A DNA stretch of 64,000 bases. Source: an uncultured Trueperaceae bacterium (GTDB lineage Bacteria > Deinococcota > Deinococci > Deinococcales > Trueperaceae). The stretch is from positions 128,001 through 192,000 of the forward strand of contig CAWCXJ010000007.1 of assembly GCA_963799485.1 (NCBI GenBank). The letters run 5' to 3'. The translations under genes were made by a program, and so were the position numbers. Under the pieces are notes generated by a model. It was not told the DNA's origin, made no database searches, and worked only from the letters and a program-made list of their open reading frames with translations. Shown piece by piece: positions 56,810 through 64,000 of the stretch; position 1 is the first letter of the stretch, and each line of letters starts with the position of its first letter.

Positions 56810-57253
56810 TTACTCGGCGCTGACGTTGACCTTGAGGTCGATAGGGACTTCAGGGTGAGGTTTGTAAACGACGATGTACTCGCCGAGCGTTTTGATCGGG
56901 TCGCCTAGCTCGAGTTTACGGCGGTCGATCTCGACATCAAAACGCTGCTCTAGCACCTCGGCGATGTCACGACTCGTAACCGAACCGTAGATACGGTCCT
57001 CACCGGCGCGCACCTTGATATCGACCGTAGCGTCGGCGAGCATCTCGCGGAGGCGTTCGGCGTCGGCTTTGCGGGCCGCGAGCTGTTTCGCGCGTTGCGC
57101 GAGCCGCGCGTCGAGTTCGCGCTGATTGGCCTGCGTCGCAGGCAAGGCGAGGCCGCGCGGAACTAGGAAGTTACGGGCATAACCGGGTTTTACGGTGACG
57201 AGCGCGCCGGCTTCACCGAGGCGATCAACGGGCTCGAGCAGAATAACGTTCAT
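56810..57253 (-). CDS. rplI: 50S ribosomal protein L9
   Basis: MNVILLE, VKPGYARNFL, IYGSVT. Confidence 0.97.
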   Translation of the reverse strand: MNVILLEPVDRLGEAGALVTVKPGYARNFLVPRGLALPATQANQRELDARLAQRAKQLAARKADAERLREMLADATVDIKVRAGEDRIYGSVTSRDIAEVLEQRFDVEIDRRKLELGDPIKTLGEYIVVYKPHPEVPIDLKVNVSAE

Positions 57254-57278
57254 AGGTGATACCTCTGGCTACGCGTGT

Positions 57279-57569
57279 TCACTTGCGTACCAGCTTCTCG
57301 GTAATCGGGATAATTGCCAGGACGCGCGCTTCTTTAATGGTGTTGGCAAGCCTACGCTGGTGCTTGGCGCACACCCCGGTGCGGCGGCGCGGCAAAATCT
57401 TGGCGGTATCCGAGATAAAGCGGCGGAGCATCCGGGCGTCGCGGTACGCGGTCACTTCCTGCTCACCCGTACAAAACGGGCAGACTTTGGGCCGACGGCC
57501 CCGGCGACCACCACGGCGGTCGTCGCGGTCGCGCTTGCTGCTGTTGCGTGCTGCGGGTCTTTGTGCCAT
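57279..57569 (-). CDS. rpsR: 30S ribosomal protein S18 (Zn-binding C+ form)
   Basis: KVCPFC, KILPRRRTGVCAKHQR. Confidence 0.97.
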   Translation of the reverse strand: MAQRPAARNSSKRDRDDRRGGRRGRRPKVCPFCTGEQEVTAYRDARMLRRFISDTAKILPRRRTGVCAKHQRRLANTIKEARVLAIIPITEKLVRK

Positions 57570-58409
57570 CTAGAAAGGTAAATCCTCTTCCGGTGGAAAC
57601 TCTTCGTCGATGTCCAGCCGGGGACGGCTGGGCTGACTTTGCTCCTGACTCTTCTGGACGCCCGTTTGTGACGGGCGGGCGCTGGTGCCACCACCACCAG
57701 GGCCACGAGTCAGATATTCGATACGGCTACCCTCGAGCTTGTTTTTATACTGCCGGTTGCCCTCTTTGTCCGTCCAGTTATCGGTGACGAAGCGTCCCAT
57801 AATCAAAACCGGATCGCCTTTGGCGAGTTCGGCTGAAGCCTCGGCAAGCTCGCGCCACACGTCGACGTCAACGTAGTGCGTGCGTTCTTGCCACTCCCCT
57901 TTAGCTTGGTACGACTCGTTGACGGCGACGCTCAGCCGTGCAACTGCGCTGCCGGTCGGCGTATACCGGAGTTCGGCGTCACGGGTCAGGTTGCCGATAA
58001 TGACCACCTGATTGAGAGCGTTTTTAAGCCGGGCTTGCCCGCGCGCGTCGGTTACAGTCGCCTCACCCTTGCGGTTGCCTAGAGTCAGCGAGGACACCCG
58101 CGCGGCGGTGACGTCGAGCGAGCTGCGACGTTGACCTTCCGGGCTGTCCCATGAGCGAAAGTTAAGTCGCCCTTCGACAAACACCGGACTTCCGACCTCG
58201 AGGCTTTCGACGAGCCCTTCAGCCGCAGCGCCGAAAACGGTGACGCGGTGATACCAGGCCAGTTCTCTCGTCTGACCGTCCTCCCCGGTTACGTGGTCGT
58301 TGCCGGCCAAGTTGAGGGTCAAAATCGCCAGACCACCTGCGGTGTAACGCATCTCGGGGGTTTGCGTAAGGGTACCGATCAGTAAAACGCTATTTAGCCC
58401 ACGGGCCAT
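57570..58409 (-). CDS. ssb: Single-stranded DNA-binding protein, double OB-fold (Deinococcus-Thermus type)
   Basis: MARGLNSVLLIG, second OB fold LNQVVIIGNLTRD, acidic tail DEEFPPEEDLPF. Confidence 0.97.
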   Translation of the reverse strand: MARGLNSVLLIGTLTQTPEMRYTAGGLAILTLNLAGNDHVTGEDGQTRELAWYHRVTVFGAAAEGLVESLEVGSPVFVEGRLNFRSWDSPEGQRRSSLDVTAARVSSLTLGNRKGEATVTDARGQARLKNALNQVVIIGNLTRDAELRYTPTGSAVARLSVAVNESYQAKGEWQERTHYVDVDVWRELAEASAELAKGDPVLIMGRFVTDNWTDKEGNRQYKNKLEGSRIEYLTRGPGGGGTSARPSQTGVQKSQEQSQPSRPRLDIDEEFPPEEDLPF

Positions 58410-58457
58410 GATGTTTCCTCCTGGAGTCTTGGGTTGGGGTAAGTATAGATTCGAGTC

Positions 58458-58844
58458 TTAAGCTGAGGTGGGCGGAATTTCACGTGGTTCGGAACGGGGT
58501 TCGGAACGCGGCTCGCTGCGAGAATCACTGCGCGGCGCTTCTTTGCGGGTGCGCTGCTCGGGCCGGTCACGCGTAATCAAAACGCGCATGACGTTATCGC
58601 GCAAACGCAAGTTAGTACCTAGTTGCCGCGGCGCACTCTCTGAAAGCGACAATTTGTAGATCAAATAGTAGCCTTCGTTGAGTTTGCGAATCGGATAGGC
58701 GAGGCGTTTGTTGCCCCACTCGTCGAGTTCGTGGACTTGGCCTTCGACGCGCCCTATCTGCGCGGCGATAGCGTCTTTCTCGAGTCCCAGCTGCGCTTCG
58801 TTCAGGTTCGGGTCGAGGATGACATTTAGGTCGTAGTTATGCAC
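58458..58844 (-). CDS. rpsF: 30S ribosomal protein S6
   Basis: WGNKRLAYPI, GYYLIY; C-terminal (RSEP)n tail. Confidence 0.96.
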   Translation of the reverse strand: MHNYDLNVILDPNLNEAQLGLEKDAIAAQIGRVEGQVHELDEWGNKRLAYPIRKLNEGYYLIYKLSLSESAPRQLGTNLRLRDNVMRVLITRDRPEQRTRKEAPRSDSRSEPRSEPRSEPREIPPTSA

Positions 58845-59024
58845 CGTTTACCTCCTTTCACGGGGTTTGTGCCGTTGCGTAGGCTTGCTGAAATTTCAGC
58901 CCTGTATTCTAGCACGTCCGCAGCGCTTTGGCCAATCGTCAACTTGCCCAGCTATCTCGGACAAATTTTACGTGAAGCTCGGTGACGCGCGCGAGGTTGC
59001 ACCAAGCTGTTATCGTAAAGGCTC

Positions 59025-59711
59025 ATGGGACCTGCTGCACCAAAGCGAGAGCCGAGACCGAAAAGACTTTTGTACGTTGCTTTGTTGTGGCTGGCTACCT
59101 TGGCAGGCTTTTGGCTTTACGCGCGCGCTTACGGCGAGACCCCGGTTACGCTCCTTAGAAACCTGTTAAACGCACTGCGAGACGATCCGCTGGCACCTTT
59201 TTTTCTACTTTTTATCTACCTGGTGCGACCTCTTTTTCTACTTCCCGTGGGTCTTTTAACCGTTGCGGTCGGGCTGCTTTTCGGCGCTTTTTGGGGCACG
59301 GTTTACGCGCTCTTTGCCGCTCTGCTAACGGCGGCGGTCGCTTACTGGCTCGGTCGTCTTTTTGGTGGTGACTTGCCTGAAGCGGCGCAGGCGGGATGGC
59401 TGGGGCGGCTTAAACAGTACCCGTTCGAAACCGTTTTGCTCTGCCGTTTCCTGGCGGTACCGGGCGACTTGGTGAACTACGCGGCCGGCTACTTGAAGAT
59501 CAGCTTTGCCGCGTTTTTAGGAGCTACGGCAATCGGCGGCTCTCCTGGTCTGCTCGTCGCCGTGTTGGCGGGGGCGTCGCTGACGAGTTTGTCCGAGCGT
59601 TCGACGCGTTTTAGCCTCGACTGGCGTTATCTGCTGGCCTCGGGGGTGCTGCTGCTCCTAAGCCTCGGCGGGTCGTGGCTGTTGCGGCGGCGCACGCGCC
59701 TCAAAATGTAG
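59025..59711 (+). CDS. TVP38/DedA (VTT domain) membrane protein
   Basis: YLVRPLFLLP, GLLFGAFWG, CRFLAVPGDLVNYAAG. Confidence 0.85.
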   Translation: MGPAAPKREPRPKRLLYVALLWLATLAGFWLYARAYGETPVTLLRNLLNALRDDPLAPFFLLFIYLVRPLFLLPVGLLTVAVGLLFGAFWGTVYALFAALLTAAVAYWLGRLFGGDLPEAAQAGWLGRLKQYPFETVLLCRFLAVPGDLVNYAAGYLKISFAAFLGATAIGGSPGLLVAVLAGASLTSLSERSTRFSLDWRYLLASGVLLLLSLGGSWLLRRRTRLKM

Positions 59712-59749
59712 AAACGGCTGGGCGCGTAGTAGCTTTATCGACTTACAAA

Positions 59750-59834
59750 CTTGATACAAACGCACTCATATCTGTTGACAAGAGAAGCTCGAGGCAGTAT
59801 ACTCACGGCTGGATATGAGCGTCTTACGCGCAGA
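59750..59834 (+). promoter_or_regulatory. dnaK promoter with two HAIR-like (HspR) sites
   Basis: TTGACA(59775)-17 nt-TATACT(59798); CTTGATA-N7-ACTCATA (59750-59770) and TATGAGC-N7-GCGCAGA (59814-59834) vs CTTGAGT-N7-ACTCAAG. Confidence 0.7.
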
Positions 59835-59902
59835 TACATTTGACATCACCTTATCAACACATCTGTGGGGCGCAAACTACATAAATAAGATTAGGAGAGA
59901 TC

Positions 59903-61780
59903 ATGGCTAAAGCAGTCGGTATTGATTTGGGTACGACGAACAGCGTCATCGCCATTATGGAAGGTGGCGAACCGACGGTTCTCGTCAACAGCGAAGGCAA
60001 CCGCACGACTCCCTCGGTGGTGGCTTTCAAGGGCGACCAGCGGCTCGTCGGGCAGGTGGCCAAACGGCAGTCGGTGCTAAACGCCAAAGGCACCCTGTTC
60101 GAGGTCAAACGTTACATCGGTCGTTCGTGGGACGAGGTGAAAGCAGAGGCCGAGCGCTCACCCTACGAAGTCGTGCGCGGTAGCGACGGCGGCGTCCGCT
60201 TTGTCGTCGACGGCAAACAGTACACTCCCGAAGAAGTCTCTGCAATGGTCTTGCAAAAGCTCGTCGAAGACGCTTCGGCAACACTCGGTGAAAAGGTCAC
60301 AAAGGCTGTGATTACCGTGCCCGCGTACTTCAACAACTCGCAGCGCGAAGCGACGCAAAACGCCGGACGTATCGCCGGCTTGGAAGTCTTGCGTATCGTC
60401 AACGAACCGACAGCGGCGGCGCTCGCTTACGGTTTGGAGAAAAAAGGCAACGAGACCGTGTTGGTTTTTGACCTCGGCGGCGGCACCTTCGACGTGTCGG
60501 TGCTAGAAGTCGGCGACGGTGTATTCGAGGTGCGGAGTACAAACGGGCACACCGACTTGGGCGGTTCGGATTTCGACTACGCAGTCGTCAACTGGCTTGC
60601 CGAAGACTTCAAAAAGGAATATAGCGTCGATCTTCGTAAAGACAAGCAGGCGCTCCAGCGTATGCTCGAGGCGGCCGAAAAAGCCAAAATCGAACTCTCA
60701 GGCATCCCCGAAACGACCATCAGCTTGCCGTTTATTGCGATGGATCCGGCGTCGAACGCGCCCTTATACCTCGAGAAAAAACTCTCGAGGGCCAAGTTCG
60801 AAGAACTCATCGGCTCGCTGCTCGACCGGGTTCGCGGCCCCGTAGAAGCGGCGCTCAAAGACGCCAAGCTCTCAAAAAGCGATATCGACGAGGTGATTTT
60901 GGTCGGCGGCTCGACGCGCATCCCGGCGGTTAAAAAACTCGTTCAGGAAATGCTCGGCAAAGCGCCCAATCAGTCGGTCAACCCCGATGAAGTGGTGGCG
61001 TTAGGTGCGGCAGTTCAGGCGGGTGTCCTGACCGGCGACGTGGAAGACATTGTGCTTTTAGACGTAACTCCGCTTTCACTCGGCGTCGAGACCAAAGGCG
61101 GCGTGTTTACCAAACTCGTCGAACGCAACACCGCCATTCCGGTACGCAAGACCGAAACTTTCTCGACCGCCGAGATGAACCAGACGGGCGTCGAGGTTCA
61201 CGTGCTTCAGGGTGAGCGTTCGATGGCGCATGACAACAAGTCGCTGGGCCGCTTTAAGTTGGACGGTATCCCACCCATGCCCGCCGGCATGCCGCAGATT
61301 GAAATCTCGTATGACATCAACGCCAACGGCATCTTGAACGTCACCGCCAAAGAGAAGTCGACCAATAAAGAAGCGTCGATCACCATCCAGAACACCACCA
61401 CTTTGTCCGAAGATGAAGTCGATCGGATGGTCAAAGACGCCGAGGCGAACGCCGAACGCGACCGCGAAGCGCGCGAACACACCGAGGCGAAAAACACGCT
61501 CGACAGCCTCCGGGTGCAGGCGCAGCGCACCGTCGACGAATCGACCGCCGATGACGACGCGAAGCAACCCGTTAAACGCGTGATTGCCGAAGCGCAGAGC
61601 GCCATCGACAGCGACGCGCCCAAGAGCCGTTTAGAGGAACTGACCCGCGAGCTGAGCGAAAAGGTCGCCGAACTGCAGCAGGCCGCGCCGCCCCAGGGTG
61701 ACGACACGCAGGGCGAAGGTGAAGGGCAGCCACAAGGTCAAGACGACGTGGTAGACGCCGACTTCAAACCGGCAGGTTAA
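59903..61780 (+). CDS. dnaK: Chaperone DnaK
   Basis: [35 protein letters not shown]. Confidence 0.98.
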   Translation: MAKAVGIDLGTTNSVIAIMEGGEPTVLVNSEGNRTTPSVVAFKGDQRLVGQVAKRQSVLNAKGTLFEVKRYIGRSWDEVKAEAERSPYEVVRGSDGGVRFVVDGKQYTPEEVSAMVLQKLVEDASATLGEKVTKAVITVPAYFNNSQREATQNAGRIAGLEVLRIVNEPTAAALAYGLEKKGNETVLVFDLGGGTFDVSVLEVGDGVFEVRSTNGHTDLGGSDFDYAVVNWLAEDFKKEYSVDLRKDKQALQRMLEAAEKAKIELSGIPETTISLPFIAMDPASNAPLYLEKKLSRAKFEELIGSLLDRVRGPVEAALKDAKLSKSDIDEVILVGGSTRIPAVKKLVQEMLGKAPNQSVNPDEVVALGAAVQAGVLTGDVEDIVLLDVTPLSLGVETKGGVFTKLVERNTAIPVRKTETFSTAEMNQTGVEVHVLQGERSMAHDNKSLGRFKLDGIPPMPAGMPQIEISYDINANGILNVTAKEKSTNKEASITIQNTTTLSEDEVDRMVKDAEANAERDREAREHTEAKNTLDSLRVQAQRTVDESTADDDAKQPVKRVIAEAQSAIDSDAPKSRLEELTRELSEKVAELQQAAPPQGDDTQGEGEGQPQGQDDVVDADFKPAG

Positions 61781-61782
61781 CG

Positions 61783-62349
61783 ATGCGTAACGACGAGACG
61801 CAAACCAAAGTTGCAACAGACGACGCGGTGGGGGACGACCCCACCGCTACCCCTAAAGCCGACACCGACACGGTAGAGCTGAATGAGGTCGAGGTGTTGC
61901 AGGGCGAGTTGGAGCGTGCCCACGCTGAAACCGCCGACTTTAGAGACCGCTTTTTGCGGGCCAGAGCCGACCTCGAGAATTACCGCCGCCGCGCGGCACA
62001 AGATGTTCTGCGTGCCCGCGACGCCGGGTTGGAAAGTGCTGTACTACCGCTTTTAGCTGTTTACGACGACCTCAGCCGCGCGCTCGGCGTCGGTGCAGAC
62101 GACCCGGCGCAACTTGTTCCCGGGATTCAGGCAGTACGCGACGGACTTCAGCGCAATTTGGGCGCGCTCGGGTTTACTGAGATCGGCGTCAAGGGTGAAC
62201 CGTTTAATCCCGACCTGCACGAAGCCCTCACTGCAATTCCGGCAGGAGACGAAAACGCCGCCGATACGATTGCCGAAGTCGTTCAAACCGGTTTTACCAA
62301 AGACGACCGGCTCGTTCGGCCTGCTCGAGTCGTCGTTTTTCAGGGTTAA
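61783..62349 (+). CDS. grpE: Nucleotide exchange factor GrpE
   Basis: RARADLENYRRR, FNPDLHEA, LVRPARVVV. Confidence 0.96.
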   Translation: MRNDETQTKVATDDAVGDDPTATPKADTDTVELNEVEVLQGELERAHAETADFRDRFLRARADLENYRRRAAQDVLRARDAGLESAVLPLLAVYDDLSRALGVGADDPAQLVPGIQAVRDGLQRNLGALGFTEIGVKGEPFNPDLHEALTAIPAGDENAADTIAEVVQTGFTKDDRLVRPARVVVFQG

Positions 62350-62375
62350 GTCTGTTAGCCGGAAAGGAGGGGTGA

Positions 62376-63323
62376 ATGGCTGCTTACAAAGACTACTACC
62401 AGACGCTCGGTGTACCTCGGAGCGCGTCGCAAAAAGAAATCCGCTCGGCGTACCGTAAACTTGCAGCCAAGCATCACCCCGACCGCAACCAAGGTGACGC
62501 GGCGGCTGAAGAGAGGTTCAAGGAAATCGGCGAAGCCTACGCCGTTCTAAACGACGACGAAAAGCGCAAAATCTACGACCAGTACGGCGCGGAGGCGGCG
62601 AAAGGCGGCTTTTCACCGGGTGCAGGCGGCTTTACCGGGGCTACTGGTGATTATGCCGGTGGTTATGCCGGAACCCAGGCCGGGGACTTCAGCGACTTTT
62701 TTCAAACGCTCTTCGGCGGCGGTTTCGGGAGTGCAACCAGCTTCAGCACCGGTGGGTTTGACACCCGGTTTCAAACTGCCGCACAACCCCGCACCGGAAC
62801 AGCGCGCAGCTCGTTCGGATTTCAGGCGAGACCGCTCGAGGCCGAGTTGCAGGTCGCTTTGCGCGACGCCTACAGCGGCGCGACCAAAACCATCAGCCTG
62901 GAAGGAAAACGGCTCGAGGTCACGCTCCCGGCAGGCAGCCGTGACGGCAGCCGCTTGCGCCTGCGCGGACAAGCCCCCGACGGCGGCGACGTGGTGCTGA
63001 CGCTCAGGTTTGCACCGGACAACCGCTTTACGCTCGAGGGCGACGATGTGCGCGTCACAATAGACGTGCCCGATTACGTCGCTGTCTTGGGCGGCAGCGC
63101 CCGCGTACCGACGCTCGGGGGCGACGTGGAGATGACCTTACCGAAAGGTACGCGCGCCGGACGTTCGTTTAGACTTAAAGGCCAGGGTTGGCCCCGTAAG
63201 GGTGGCGGCAAGGGCGACCAGTTTGCCGTGGTGCGAATTACCACCCCGGAAAGGCCGAGTGAAACGCAGTTGGAGCTTTATCGGCAGCTTGCAGCCTTGA
63301 ACCGTGAACCCGTTCCCGGTTGA
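62376..63323 (+). CDS. dnaJ: DnaJ/CbpA-type co-chaperone lacking the Zn finger
   Basis: J domain with HPD, G/F-rich region, DFSDFF, no CxxCxGxG repeats. Confidence 0.9.
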   Translation: MAAYKDYYQTLGVPRSASQKEIRSAYRKLAAKHHPDRNQGDAAAEERFKEIGEAYAVLNDDEKRKIYDQYGAEAAKGGFSPGAGGFTGATGDYAGGYAGTQAGDFSDFFQTLFGGGFGSATSFSTGGFDTRFQTAAQPRTGTARSSFGFQARPLEAELQVALRDAYSGATKTISLEGKRLEVTLPAGSRDGSRLRLRGQAPDGGDVVLTLRFAPDNRFTLEGDDVRVTIDVPDYVAVLGGSARVPTLGGDVEMTLPKGTRAGRSFRLKGQGWPRKGGGKGDQFAVVRITTPERPSETQLELYRQLAALNREPVPG

Positions 63324-63479
63324 CCTTCAACAGGCTGACCCAAACAGACCGACATGAACAAACTTGGTTTGGTGGGCGAGATGTTTAACGTTTCGTCCAC
63401 TTTCTCATACGCTGCGTGTTAGGGTTTGGCTAGTCAAGTGAGGCGGCAACGCGCCGCTTTTTTAGTGAAAGGAACCTCC

Positions 63480-64000
63480 GTGAACACAAAAGGCCCCTTC
63501 GTAAGCAAGCAGCGCACAAACGAAAAAAGATTTCCCGTTTTTTGGACGGTTGTGACGCTTCTCGTTGTCTCCGGACTGATGCTCGTTGCGGCGCAAACCG
63601 CTGCCCAGTCTGGTGGCGCAGTGTCCGGCGGCGCAGCGTCCGGCGGCGCGCAGACCGCAACGCCCGCCGACCCTAACGCCGTCGTTTTGGAACTAGGTAA
63701 CAAGACGGTTTCGGTAGCCGGGTTTGAAAAACGCTTTAACATCGCCCTGCGCGCACTAGCGGCGCAGCAAGGCGCACCTTTGGATGAGGCGACGCTCGCT
63801 CAGTTCGCCAGCCTCAGGCCCAACTTTCTAGACCAGTTTGCCACGCAAGAAGTCTTGTTGCAGCAAGCGCAAGAGCGGGGTGTCGAGGTTTCTAAAGCGG
63901 ACGTCGACGCTGAACTCGAGGCTGCCAGAGCCTCTGCCGGAGGCAATTTTCAGCAGGCGCTTACTGTGGCGGGGTATCAAAACGAGGCTGAACTGCGGAG
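63480..64000 (+). CDS. Exported PrsA/SurA-like foldase (partial, runs off the window)
   Basis: GTG after AAAGGA; signal peptide; SGGAV/SGGAA/SGGAQ 15-bp repeats; FLDQFATQEVLLQQAQERGVEVSKADVDAEL SurA_N-like; frame open to the end. Confidence 0.7.
   Translation, partial: MNTKGPFVSKQRTNEKRFPVFWTVVTLLVVSGLMLVAAQTAAQSGGAVSGGAASGGAQTATPADPNAVVLELGNKTVSVAGFEKRFNIALRALAAQQGAPLDEATLAQFASLRPNFLDQFATQEVLLQQAQERGVEVSKADVDAELEAARASAGGNFQQALTVAGYQNEAELR

Noticed and set aside
57570..58409. Double-length SSB as a novel fusion
   Set aside because: Well-known Deinococcus-Thermus feature; the ORF is intact
58962..58980. TTTTACGTGAAG as a third parS
   Set aside because: Too many mismatches to the 16-bp consensus

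Overview
This is a core chromosomal window from a Deinococcota bacterium, probably Trueperaceae-like. The assignment rests on a double-OB-fold SSB, the dnaA-oriC-dnaN-eno-pyk order, a Thermus-type nuo operon and many leaderless TANNNT promoters. Left to right it holds: a rhamnose/AI-2-like sugar ABC locus with a class II aldolase and two FGGY kinases; an nfeD-floA-yqfB-phoH-pgpH-ybeY-dgkA cluster; a CPA1 antiporter; a GbsR/MarR-regulated LolCDE-like exporter operon; lipA/lipB; sulfur-related genes; nuoA-N with two extra embedded genes; a Fur/PerR regulator; mdh; parB-parA-rsmG-mnmG with two perfect parS sites; the replication origin (12 DnaA boxes); rpsF-ssb-rpsR-rplI; dnaK-grpE-dnaJ; and a truncated PrsA/SurA-like foldase. 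No rRNA, tRNA, CRISPR array or intact mobile element was seen. The most notable observations are: (i) a complex I operon with a translationally coupled MOSC gene and an 81-aa membrane gene, an N7-less NuoG, and flanking sulfur-carrier genes; (ii) strong, frame-independent over-representation of CTCGAG; (iii) degenerate 7-nt-period repeats forming hairpins at operon junctions; (iv) probable ATC/ATT starts for phoH and the MarR regulator; (v) a frameshifted YiiM-like gene; and (vi) an uncalled 53-aa leaderless ORF. All calls come from reading the sequence by eye; no searches were run.
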